The position numbers were made by a program, and so were the translations under genes. A DNA stretch of 64,000 nt, from positions 1-64,000 of the forward strand of contig NMRA01000580.1 of assembly GCA_002633005.1 (NCBI GenBank), in the 5' to 3' direction. Numbering within the stretch: position 1 is the stretch's first letter; every line of letters starts with the position of its first letter. This document shows, in pieces, positions 50,298-62,185 of the stretch. Source of the stretch: Phoronis australis. Lineage: Eukaryota > Animalia > Phoronida. The notes beneath the pieces are model-generated. The model made no database searches. It had not been told where the DNA came from and saw nothing but the letters and a program-made list of their open reading frames with translations.

Positions 50298-50491
50298 CTA
50301 GTAAAAATGAATCAAATAAAGAAAGATGCACAAAAAGAAGTTATAAAAATTGATCATTCTTTTGAGATGAAAAAAGAAATCAGAGTGATTACGAGAATAA
50401 GAGAGGCAATAGCCAATCACAAGGGCTTGACACATGTAATTCAATGAAGAAAACTGGTTCTTAAAATGCAGGGCTCGTATTAGTGGCTATN

Positions 50492-50757
50492 ATGTATATC
50501 ATCACCTACCAAACAGTTATAATATGTATATCATCACCTACCAAACAGTTATAATATGTATATCATCACTTACCAAACATGTATATCATCACCTACCAAA
50601 CAGTTATAATATGTGTATTATCACCTACCAAACAGTTATAATATGTATATCATCACCTACCAAACAGTTATAATATGTATATCATCACCTACCAAACAGT
50701 TATATGTATATCATCACTTACCAAACATGTATATCATCACCCAACTAACAGTCATAA
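50492..50757 (-). repeat. Second version of the exon-11 junction array (probable other allele)
   Basis: Same units in a different order, starting right after the single N at 50491. Confidence 0.9.
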
Positions 50758-50802
50758 AATTGTAGGTTTTCATGTGTATGACTTGGAGGTAGTCAGAATT
50801 AC

Positions 50803-50979
50803 CTTATAACCAGCGTCCATGATAGTTGTGATCCAGGGTTTGGTGGAGTTCATTACATCATTGATAAGGGCAAGTTCCACTTTGTCGCCAGCGTTAAAGG
50901 TGAGATTACCCACATGGATGGAGCGCCGGATGTCAGATCGTGAAAAATACTTGTTGTATCGGTCAAATTCAGGGGGTTC
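50803..50979 (-). CDS. CPVL: CPVL coding exon 10 (copy A; one of the two copies is probably an assembly duplicate)
   Basis: Identical to 50121-50297 except one synonymous change (CCC/CCT); offset 682 bp. Confidence 0.8.
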
Positions 50980-51799
50980 CTAGTAAAAATGAATCAAATA
51001 AAGAAAGATGCACAAAAAGAAGTTATAAAAATTGATCATTCTTTTGAGATGAAAAAAGAAATCAGAGTGATTACGAGAATAAGAGAGGCAATAGCCAATC
51101 ACAAGGGCTTGACACATGTAATTCAATGAAGAAAACTGGTTCTTAAAATGCAGGGCTCGTATTAGTGGCTATAACCAAAATAATTAGTAACTTGTTATTT
51201 TCCACTTTTCAAAGGCTGATTACTTTACTGCAAATATTATGAAAAATCCTACACTCCCGACACTACAAACCAAGCTGGTAATAAACTGGAAAATTTTGAT
51301 AATCGTTCTTTTCGTGGAAAAATTTGTGAAAAAATCAAAAATCACTTGTTGGTCATTTTGTGTGCTAAACAAGTGAAAAATTAGCCTAGTTGATAAAAAA
51401 GGGAAAAGAGTTATTAAACAACTACCTTCACTGTACCAAGAGCATGTGCAGATTAAGTGCAATGTAGCTGGTTATCAAATATTTTTAAATTCAATTCTAA
51501 TGAGGCTAATACTGATACTTGCTAATTCTGATTCCACTTACAGTAATCCTTGATCTATTCAATTTAAATCGTTCTGAGTGATTCTGTTTGCACAATTAAC
51601 GCCACACTGGGAAATCCTGATTCTATTTGGAGCATGTTGAGCAACACACGTTACTTGGTTAATTCCAGTTGCAGTAGGGTGATTAAAAGGCAAAAATTGA
51701 ATGCCACAGTTTTCGATTCTAACTACAGAATAGTTCTTGCTACATTATATTCATAGTGAAGTTCAGTCATAGGAGCGTAGGTCTAGTGCTTTGACTTAC

Positions 51800-51895
51800 G
51801 GTTGTCAACAGGAAGTTGTAGTAGTTGCTGATGCCAGTGATGTTAGAGAAGTATGATGAAGAGGTCGTGTCACCATTCAGCAGACGATCAAAAGC
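51800..51895 (-). CDS. CPVL: CPVL coding exon 9
   Basis: AFDRLLNGDTTSSSYFSNITGISNYYNFLLTT. Confidence 0.95.
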
Positions 51896-52623
51896 CTGCA
51901 TGGGAGATAAGTCATGATACATTTCCATTGAATTGGTCAATGGTAATGCTTTTACGATTGAATAAAAACATTGTGACAATTATAATTATAAATTATAAAT
52001 TACACCTCTGTTATCGCATTAATATCGAAGATGCGATAAAAAACTCTGCAGTGATGTGAGAAAGCAATATTCACGTGACCCAATGTCAGATGCAGTTGTG
52101 CAAGATGAGCTAAGCTGGCAAAGGTGAAACATAACTTATTTCTTTCCCAAATATTTTCTGCACAACAGCATTAACTTGATGGAATGGTGGCAGTAAAGTA
52201 TTGAAAAAAAATGTGAAATTCTTAAACTTAAAAGTCAAAGAGAACTGAAGGTGGTTCCGAATTTTATTTGCAAAATACTTTCATTATTTCACAAGTTTGC
52301 CCAAAAAATAAATATTGGCAAGCTTATATGTTTTCCTGCCCTTTTATGTTTAATTAGTCTCAAATTTGGCAAAAATAACAATGGATAAGACAATAGGTCT
52401 CACAGCAGATTGGTCTAGGATTCAACAAACAGTTGCAAAAGTTGAGTGTTTGAGTGCACATAAATATACAACTCAAGGCTCAAGATATATCACACAATGT
52501 TACTTTTTTATATCAGAGTTGTCTTGCTGCAATGAGTAAGAAGAGTTATAGTCAAACTAACAAAAGAATCATCAGCAAATTCTAATATGACACAGAATGA
52601 CATCAGCCTTTACTTGTACATAC

Positions 52624-52752
52624 ATAGAAAGCTTGCGAGAAGTTTCCAGCTTGTATCAGCTTGACAATGTAAGCAGACTGGGTTCGAAACACTTCAGCTT
52701 GTGACTTTGTGACTAAACCAATTTGGTAAAGATAATCACCATAGTCCAGCAT
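52624..52752 (-). CDS. CPVL: CPVL coding exon 8
   Basis: MLDYGDYLYQIGLV...IQAGNFSQAFY. Confidence 0.93.
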
Positions 52753-52829
52753 CTGCAATAAGTAGAACATCAGAACTTTATTGATTCAGCATGCATGTGA
52801 GGTTGGCATACCTCTCCAAGGCAATACTT

Positions 52830-53483
52830 TTCAAATGGGACAGGCATGTACACTAAAAATCCATCACAAATAGCCATCTTCACAGTGACAGGATTTCAGA
52901 ATCCACAACCAATAACTAAATATAGCCACAGTGACAGGATCACACAATTTATACCCAGTAGCAATGTATATTTACAGTGACAGGATCTTACAATCCATCA
53001 CCAATACGCAATAGCCTTGTATACTCAAAGTGATGGGCTCACACACTCCATCATCAATGCAGCCACGTATACTCAAAGTGACGGGATCACACAATCCATC
53101 TCCAATAGCCATGTATATTGAGAGTAACAGGATCTCACAATCCATGACTAATAGTCATGTACATGTATAATCACAGCGACAGGATCATACAACACAACCC
53201 ATTAGCAATATTAAAGACATGTATACTCAGGATCTCACAATCCATCACCGACAGTCACGTATACTCACAGTGATCACACACTTCATCAACGATAGCAATG
53301 TATTCTCACAGAGACAGGAACACACAATCCATCATCCATAGCCATGTATAAGGCCATGACAGGATCAACAATCCATCATCCATATCCAGGTATGCTAAAA
53401 GTGATGGGATCTCACAATCCATCACAAATAGCCATTGTATACTCACAGTGACGGGATCACACAATCCATCACCAATAGCCATG
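52830..53483 (-). repeat. ~45-bp degenerate tandem array (~14 copies) of the exon-7 end plus 5' splice site
   Basis: Minus-strand unit catggctattggtgatggattgtgtgatcccgtcact|gtgagtata; the first copy is the real junction at 53447/53446. Confidence 0.92.
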
Positions 53484-53575
53484 CCTTTCAAATTGATTTT
53501 CATCTTGGCGGAAGGGTTAGCATTCTCAAAGTGAATCTTGTATGTTATGGCCGGTACGTACTTTCCCGCATATGA
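53447..53575 (-). CDS. CPVL: CPVL coding exon 7
   Basis: SYAGKYVPAITYKIH...INLKGMAIGDGLCDPVT (catalytic Ser of GE/SYAG). Confidence 0.95.
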
Positions 53576-54170
53576 CTGAAACAAAATCAACTGATCATTG
53601 GCCATTTCAAAGAAAAACCAAAGACCTTTAGCTGCCAGCTGAACACTGTTTATCAGCAACAGTGGTCAATGAAACATGTTAGAAATGAGGCAGATGTAAA
53701 CGGGTGTTGGGGAGAATGGACAAAGAAGCAAAAGGCCTCAAGTTTAAATGAAAAAGCTCGATTCAAACAATGATTTTTATAAAAGCTTTCCAGTTTCAAG
53801 GTTATTGATAGCCAAAAAATGCACACGGCATTAATAAGTGAAAATTTTATGGAAACTTTTACAAAACATTTATAACTTTTTCCAAAATGAGTGATCTTGA
53901 AGGGAAGACAACTGCTCAACATTGATTTCAGAATACCAGTAGCTCAAAATTAAGCCTAGTAAACATTTTGGGGTAAAACTGCACAACATTTGAAAGTTCA
54001 AGAGATTGTATTCAGGAGAATCTAAGACAATAGTGCTCAAGCATTGTACACTTCTCTTTATGCTGTGTTCATTAAAAAAAGCTTTCAGCTCGTTTCAGTA
54101 ATCAAGTCATCATCATGTTTACTGTTCAACTTTTAAAACCTTGGCTGTAAGCAAGTTGTCAAACGCATAC

Positions 54171-54237
54171 TTCTCCAGTTGCATAGAAGTCATTCTTCTG
54201 ATATTCATAAAACAACGTGAAGAACTGGACCAGGGCA
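54171..54237 (-). CDS. CPVL: CPVL coding exon 6
   Basis: ALVQFFTLFYEYQKNDFYATGE. Confidence 0.95.
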
Positions 54238-54468
54238 CTGAAATAAGCCAAATCAAGGTTCTTGGTTATCTATAGAAAGATGGAGGAATTTACTTGAGAA
54301 GTTTATATAAACATACAGAACAAAGACAAATAAAATACTGCTACATGTGATAAAACAGAAAAGTTAAGCATCTCATTGACAGTATTGTCCTCAAAATAAT
54401 GTAATATGTCGTGCTTCAAGATTCAAGAAGATTCATATCTTTTAGATTGTATCAAAATTAGTAATGTT

Positions 54469-54956
54469 CAGGGCTTGGAATGACCAATGACAAAAAACGC
54501 GGATACTTTGAAACTTTTACTGCCCAAATCATGCCCGATAACCAGCCTTTCCCAAAAATCGGGAGGACTAAAAAAAAAAAAAAAACCTTACCACCATCAG
54601 TAGTATGCGTCGGCATCCTTTTAGCTCGCCCGTCCACTCCCAACCCACACATTTTTGGCTGCAGAGCGGTAGTATTTGTCGCCGCGCTTAACAATAACAC
54701 GAGACGCCATTGAAAATCCCACCACGCTGTCCCAGATGCCCCGGCAATGTTGACAATTTACGTTCCTCCGAAACATAAAGAGCAACTTCCGCTTTTCGAG
54801 GTGAACGTCGTCTGCAACGCCGCGGTAAGAAAGGAATTTGCCGAGAAAATTTTATATCAAATCCGATTTTTTTACGCGGATATATTATAAAAAAAAGCGG
54901 AAAGAACATTTGAAAAAAGCGGAAATCCGCGTTTCCGCAGAAAATTCCAAGCCCTG
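54469..54956. mobile_element. hAT-like MITE (488 bp)
   Basis: TIR cagggcttggaat / attccaagccctg, flanked by the direct repeat aatgtt. Confidence 0.85.
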
Positions 54957-55422
54957 AATGTTTGTCCAAAATTACAATAATAACAAGAAGCCCACAAGTG
55001 TAGTAACAAAAAAATGAACACTAAAAATGTTCCATCAAAAGTAGCCAGTAAACATAACTGCCCACTCAGGCACGAAGAAAAAAAAAACTGGTGCACATCC
55101 ACATAAAACACATAGAAATTAGGTCGTCACAGCAACATGGCTGTATCAGGTTTTCTCTGTAGATATTAATCGGCATGCAGATGTACCTGGAGCCCACAAT
55201 TGTCATAAATGCGAACAGTAGGTTAATGCACAAGACGTGAGATTAATGCTAATCAACTGGTTTTACTACTTCCCAGCACCAGTAAGCTTCATCTTGACCT
55301 TCACTCGCTGTTTGCGACAGCACTTTTAATGCTCTCAGTAAGCTCGAAAATTTACCTGATTCTTTGGACTTCAAATCAAACTGAAAACCATAACTAAAGT
55401 GTTATCAATGCTAAATGGCTAC

Positions 55423-55502
55423 CTATAGAGATCCCTAGCAACATCAACCTCGTCTTTTGCGTAGCCATCAGCTGATTGAGTAAAGCTGAAGCCTGTACCA
55501 AC
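55423..55502 (-). CDS. CPVL: CPVL coding exon 5
   Basis: VGTGFSFTQSADGYAKDEVDVARDLY. Confidence 0.95.
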
Positions 55503-56136
55503 CTGCAGTAAAGCAAACATGCATACAGTGACAGTCAAACACAGATGGAGACTCACATGGCATTAGCAACTCATCAGCTGGGCAAATTGACCGGTTATTC
55601 CAAGGTGATGCATATCTACTGTACGAGGATGACAAAGTACATAACTTCCAGTCAGGTTAAAGAACTGTCAGCCGTGAAATGAGACTTAAGGTGGACGGAG
55701 CAAAGTGTTACCACACCAGGTGAAGCGAGGTTAACTATGAAACCTGCTGCGATATTGTAACAGTTCAAGTTTCATGCCAATTTGCAAGAATTGAAGAGTG
55801 ACCCTTTTATGTTGGCATCCATTTCTTCAAACAGTTGATGTTGTTACCATGGTGACATTATGGTAAAATCTCATGAATTTCTTCACTTCAGATAGGAAAA
55901 TTTTTCTCCAAGTCATTATTCATTTTTTGCCATTTTCAGACAAATACCGAGAATCATCACTGTAAGTTTTGCCTCTTTCAGATAAGGCTGAAAGCTGAAC
56001 TGAACTGTTTTCATTATTATCAGAACCAAACGTGTATTAATAGTTGCCCAGCAAATACCACGACAATACACATAACATCTGACTAAAGTAACAACTACAA
56101 AGAATATTCCTGGTTTTATTCAACTCTTGCACTTAC

Positions 56137-56195
56137 AGGATTGTCAATGTATAGTAGACTGTACTTGGAGTTCCAGGTTATGTTTCTTGATTTTA
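56137..56195 (-). CDS. CPVL: CPVL coding exon 4
   Basis: KSRNITWNSKYSLLYIDNP. Confidence 0.95.
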
Positions 56196-57108
56196 CTACA
56201 ACAGATATGACACCCAGATTATAATGGATTACAGTTTGTATGAACTGAAGACACTCCTCATATATCACTAGTTAGCTTCATAAGGTTGGTAACAGTTGAT
56301 TATTAGTTTCTTTTTTCAGAACCAACAAGATCATGTTTACCCTTGACGATTAATCACGTGATTAAATGGGATCATGCACGCTCTGTTGAGTATGAAAGTA
56401 ATCTAAGATCAAGGCGGATAAGAGGGTCAGGAAAAGTGGACGATGGAGGAAATAAGATGTGCAGAATTTGGAACAGCCTAATCGCCACTCTACCCAGTGT
56501 CCAATAACTTCAGAAGATGGCTTCTGACAGGAGCTGGAACTGTCAAGGGTAAATATGCTCTTACTGGTTGTGAGTAGAAAGCACTGCTCGACACTTTTCA
56601 TATATTTCATACGGAGTTAGTTGGTATACAGTATCTTGTCAACATATACAGAAACACAATTTTAGAGCACAGGCAAAACTGGTAGGTGGAAATGCATTTA
56701 GCTTTTTGCTGATTTAGTTCTGAAAATTCAGATTAAGCATCAAGGCTTTATTTCCTAACAAGACAAAATAGCAACACAAAACAGCTCAGCACTGATTAGT
56801 AACAAATGCATAATGGAACACTAATTGGGTCATGACAAAGGCATGGAACTGCAGCAACAAATCAAGTTTGAGATGAAGAGCTCCACTATTAAATACCAAC
56901 GTGAACTCTACTTGGTTCCATGTGTATATCGGAAAAATTTGAGATACAAGTTTGATGTATCAAAAAATTCTAAAAGAGTGCCAGTTGAAGGCATGCATCA
57001 AAACAAAGGTTCTTGAAGATGACATGATTGTATGTGTATTTGTTCCAGGATTACTCTACTATCTTGACATTTGTCACAACACCACAGAACACATCACACC
57101 CAACTTAC

Positions 57109-57223
57109 AACGAATGGTTTCATCCAATTCAATGGGGCCTTGCTCTACAAAGAGTCCAAACATGGAAGTCCCTCCTGGACCACCTTGAAGCCACAGCAAC
57201 ACAGGTGCATCAGCAGTATTTGT
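57109..57223 (-). CDS. CPVL: CPVL coding exon 3
   Basis: APVLLWLQGGPGGTSMFGLFVEQGP. Confidence 0.96.
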
Positions 57224-57399
57224 CTGAAAGTAGAAAATTCAACCAAAACCACTCAGACCTTTAATATTCATCAGGAATAAAATAAGTTGGGCCCAACACA
57301 TTGTTCTGCAGCAGTGAGACACTTGAGTTTACACTAGTCAGGGGGGGGGCTACTTTTGTCTAATGTTAAAAAATGAAGCGAAATGATTTTGATCAATTG

Positions 57400-57570
57400 T
57401 GTCAGTGCATGTGTCAATATTTGGCCCACTGTGCTAATACACAGGGTCACATTTAACCCATTGTGTCAACATTAAGCACCAGATCTGACCCATGGTTTCA
57501 AGACACGTCGGCCACATTTGAGCGGCAATGTCAGCATATGGGGGCCCATTTGACCTACAGTGTAGGTACA
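57400..57570. repeat. Old degenerate ~33-bp tandem repeat
   Basis: Recurrent ggccacatttgaccca.tgtgtcaaca-like unit, 4-5 copies. Confidence 0.45.
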
Positions 57571-57749
57571 TTGAGCCTTATTGGATACTATCTCGTTCCC
57601 CATCACTATAAATGATGTTATGAAGAGTGACAAGGATGAAGTCACAACTGATTAGCACAGGAAAATTGCCTTGATAATTCTTAAAAGTCTACAGCCAGAG
57701 GGCAGAGCAGGTCTTATTTGAATATCTGTATAATTTTGAATGAGCTTAC

Positions 57750-57868
57750 AGCAGCAGGGAAGAACCAGAAGAACATGTTACTGTTGAACTTCTTATTAAC
57801 AGTCAGATAACCCGAGAAGCTTTTGCGGCTGAATCCTTTGAGAGGGCCCACTAAACTCAGTTGGCGGG
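57750..57868 (-). CDS. CPVL: CPVL coding exon 2
   Basis: RQLSLVGPL...SFSGYLTVNKKFNSNMFFWFFPAA. Confidence 0.96.
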
Positions 57869-58214
57869 CTGTAAAACAAATTTTGTAAGGGTTACAGCGA
57901 CACCTTACTCAAGGATCAAAGAAGCTCCACTGTAGAATTAAACAAGAGAAAAAACAACAGCAGCAGCACAGAAACAGAAACAAAAACAACAATAATAGCA
58001 CCTATATTTGAAATAGAGGCCACCGGCCCTCAGTTCACAATTTGTATTTTATGCAAACTCTACACATGCGTACACAGTCCATAAGCTTTAAGATTTCGTT
58101 TCTGATCGTCATTGCCCGCCTCTGTATACACTGAAATGTTTTAAAAAGTGCTTGCTGTTCTCGAATCAAAAAGAGACCTAAATCGTGGCAGCACGGTATG
58201 AATCTGTTCCTTAA

Positions 58215-59178
58215 AGTGTACACAACATGACTCTAGTACCTCAAAATAAATTTTATTATTATATCTTACTTGATTTCAGTGCCTTTAGTGCACAGCTCAT
58301 AAAGAAACACGCAAAAATTGAAAAAAATAATAATTATGTACAACGTCATGGGTTGAACCCAAGTCGTTCGCCATACTGTTCGGATCAGAGACAGTGTATA
58401 GAGTGAAGAGAAAGCAAAGTACATTTAGCGTCGAGAAGGTTCGTAGAGGGATCAAAAGATGCGTTTCCGGAGGCTGCAGCAACAGAAGCCAGGCGGAGAA
58501 CGTCTCGGTGTTCCGGAGGACACCAAAGTTGCGCAGAAGTGGCATCGCTTCGTGCGCCGAACGAGAGTGTGGGACGTCATCGTGGACCAAGCGATTCGGT
58601 CCGAGGCCACTCTGTGTTCTGCCCACTTTGAGGACTCGTGTTTCGACTCCAGTCACAGGAGACGTTACGATGAAGGCCTGGTTCAATAAAGGACATTATT
58701 TATCATTCAGAAACATCAGCTCTTAATTCAGGATCGTCTGTGATGACTGGCCGGTTGACTCGCGCTGAGCCCGAGGCCGCTTCTCTCGCGGGAGGATCTA
58801 GTTCGTAAGGCTCAAAGTAGAAAACTACGCAGCCGTAAGCAAATTAAACTTGTTCTCGCTTTCGTGCAACCCCATTTCCTCATCCTGGCCACCATTGCCG
58901 TACGTTTCTTCATAGTATTCGTTCAATTCTTGCTCATAATCGTCGTCGCTTTCAAATTCCCTGCTCTCCGCTATTGTTCAATGCTAGTCACTGATCTCCT
59001 GTGTTCAACCCATGACGTCACAAGGCGGCAAATGTGAAAATTGGCAAAATTGAAAGAAAAATCAAAATTTCGAGCTAATTACACAAAATAAACATGGGTC
59101 TAGCTAAATTTTACGTCATATATTCAGTCTGTGGCCACTGGTAATTCAAAATGTGCAAAAATCCATGGTGTGTACTGT
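58215..59178. mobile_element. Internally deleted Kolobok-like transposon with a frameshifted THAP domain
   Basis: TTAA on both sides; imperfect TIR agtgtacacaacatg / catggtgtgtactgt; subterminal inverted acgtcatgggttgaac; THAP motifs CVSGGCSN...P....KW...LCSAHFEDSCF split over two frames. Confidence 0.8.
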
Positions 59179-59478
59179 TTAAATCAACCACAGAATAATG
59201 TGATGTTGGTTTGTATGTACTACTGACAATAAAGTTGACTTCATAAAAAGTTACATCTAAATATATTACAGTGACAACTGTCCGTGCACTAAGTTAAATG
59301 CACAAACAACATGCACTACACAATAACGTACAGAAAGAGTGTATTAAGAAAAAACAAAAAGAAAATTAAATAAAAACTGATGTATGCATAATTAATAATT
59401 AAACGCCTTTTACACAGTGATCTTGAGTTTCTTGACTCCTGAACCTAAGACTTTAATATGTAGTTGTAGAGGGCGCAC

Positions 59479-59665
59479 CTCTCTGAATCTGACCAGATTC
59501 AATATAGGGGGTGAGGAACAAGGGGTCTCCAGGATCAACTCCATTATATGTAACCACTGCCAACTCATCGTGGAAGAACTGACGACGAAATGGACCCCGT
59601 TTGCAGCTGCCTTGGTAAACACATCCAGCAAGGAAAAAAACTGCCGTGATCACTAGGCGCAACAT
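59479..59665 (-). CDS. CPVL: CPVL coding exon 1 (signal peptide)
   Basis: MLRLVITAVFFLAGCVYQG...DPGDPLFLTPYIESGQI; with one copy of exon 10 the CDS is 1440 nt (479 aa). Confidence 0.95.
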
Positions 59666-60289
59666 TTCTGCAAGTAAAAAAATACAAATAGATTTTAATG
59701 AAGACAGTAACTGCCAAGTGGATTAAAAATGAATTCACAGTGAATATAAAAAGCTCTAAAAACTTGCCTTCCATCACAAAGAAACAACTTTTTATTTAGA
59801 CACAACTCGATCATTCGTCATCTTCAATGTGTCGAACCAGTTAGGCACTGGTCGGATATACCAGTCCCTATTTGAGAACCATGCAGGCAATCGATGAATG
59901 ATGGGGCTGTCAGTGGATGAAACTGGTTCTTAAAATCAGGGACCTCTTTATCCGACCAGTGGCAGTGCGAATTATGCGTGTAATTTTGCCGAGTACCACG
60001 TTCAGACATTTGACACTACCGACGTGGAAAATATAAAGACAAGTATGTTCTGTACTCTAGCATGTAAACAAATGAGCTGGTGCGACATTGTCATTGACAT
60101 TGGGGGAAGCGGGGAAGTGGGGCCGATATCCATATAGGAAGGAATGTGAACAACTTGGGTCAGTTGGGATCACATGACGATGCCGGGGGTGGGCAACTTA
60201 TAACTGAAGCGAATAGGCTACACATTACAGCTACTAGTAGCGGTGCATGGGCAAAACCGAAATGAACTTGGGTAACCGCTATCGTTTAC

Positions 60290-60380
60290 CTTTCAACGAG
60301 TTTGCTCTCACGTGGATTTTTCCTGAAAAATACGTAACCAAGCTTCTGGTGACTGCCCCCTACTGGTGGCGTAGTGCCCG
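60290..60380 (-). promoter_or_regulatory. Candidate non-coding first exon/promoter of CPVL
   Basis: Minus-strand donor aaag|gtaaac at 60290/60289. An acceptor sits 2 nt before the ATG, implying an upstream exon. E-box cacgtg nearby. Confidence 0.4.
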
Positions 60381-61569
60381 ACCCTGGCGGTGGGAATTAG
60401 GCCCCTGATGTCTGACCTTATTCCACATGAACAACACTAGGCCCGCTAGGAATCAGGATTTTTAAGGCCTTCATTTAACTCGTTGGTGATTCCTACATTT
60501 GTTGAGATTGTTGGAGAATAGCTTTAGGTATAAAAGCACAACTTACTCAGCAGTGATCAGTTGATACAGACACACTTAGAAGCCGCTGCGTCAGTCACGA
60601 GACTGCCCATGTGATAATTATTTTGTTTTCATCGGTAACCATCGTCCTGACATCTGTTGTCAAACAGGCGCACCACTCAGGCAACAGGTAGAGATGCTGA
60701 GTGTCCCCGGCCTGCTTAATCCCGGCGAAGATCACGTATGCGTGAACCTGGAATACACCATGAAACTTGGATAGTTCACTCAAATAATCAAGTTACCGGT
60801 GTTAAAAATTTGCACTCCACCAAAGCGGCTAATTATATACCAGTACATGCTATAATGAAGCAATATAAAAAAATAAACTTTGACCAACTAAATCATCACA
60901 AACAAAAAAATCCCGATTACCATGCATTCACATCAGATATTCCACTGATTCTGTGACACAAGTTCCAGTAAAGGAGAAAAAATGGGCGATCGTGATGCCT
61001 CATTATAACTGCACAATTCTTTGCAATTAATGGACAAAAATTCACCTGATTTGTCCAATATTCAATTTCATCTTCAATCATGCACACGCGATCTTGAGAT
61101 TAAGCCGCTCGCCGCGGGATTCCTAGTTCACGCGCTGCAGACGGACCGGTTTCGTCCTCGCCGTAGTACGTGTTGGATTGGTTTGATTGCGGCCGAAGGC
61201 TGACATCCATGCACCTAGAGGGCGCACCAGTTTCTGAGCCCCTGACTTCACCTAGGCCTATAGGCCTATGTCGAGTCATCCAACCGGAAATTTACACCCG
61301 GCAACGGCCAATCACCAATCTCGCACCGTTTGCAAATTCCATGTCCCGCGGTAACGAATTTCTGTTAGGGAGGCCTCCACTTGCCAATGAACAATGGGAC
61401 AAATCCTATATGACCGTCAAGAGCACTTTAGCATCATTACTAGATGACGCGAGGCCAAACATCTGACCATATCTAGGAGCGACCGAGTCCACCACTTCAG
61501 AAATTGGGGCGTCTCTCGTTGCCTGCAGCTGTGGGGTGTGTCCCTTAGGTGAGCCTTACGAGGGGGCCA

Positions 61570-62185
61570 AAAATGAGCTAGATTAGATATTCGAGGTACC
61601 GGCTTAAAATGTTTTAAAACGGACAATAGTACTGCACTGAAACTGAACACCGAATGACCCATGGCTGCAATCTAGAATGGGTCCGGCAGAAACCAAAAAG
61701 CGTCCACCAACTTGAAATGAGCCAGCTCATACATTCGAGGTAACACAAAAACAATTTCATATGCCGGATCAATACATATAACTTATCACACAAGGCCCCA
61801 TGACAGACAAAAATACACCCTGGGGATTGTGCCCCCAAGAGGCCCAAAAAATGTCAACCACGGCATGACATTCAAAATTTGAGCTTAGATGTTCGAGGTA
61901 CTTGCTAAAGTAAAACTGATTAAAACGAACAATAGTGCCGCACTGAACACCGAATGACCCATGACACTTGCAGACAAATTATCCTCTAGAAAGGGCCCAG
62001 TAGAAACTCAAAAACGACGCCTCAAAACTCAGCTGAAGGAGCTAGTTCTTATAATTATTCGCCGCCGGTACCACAGTAAACGATTCCATGTGATTCGAAG
62101 TTAGGCCTACTGATTCAGTACTATAATTGGCCAGTGACAGACAAAACCAACTCTGAGTTTTGCGCGCCAACCGGTCCCACGTAAT
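61570..62185. repeat. Degenerate ~300-330-bp tandem duplication
   Basis: ttagatRttcgaggtac...acaatagt...actgaacaccgaatgacccatg...ctagaa.ggg.cc.g.agaaac...gacagacaaaa occurs twice in the same order. Confidence 0.75.
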
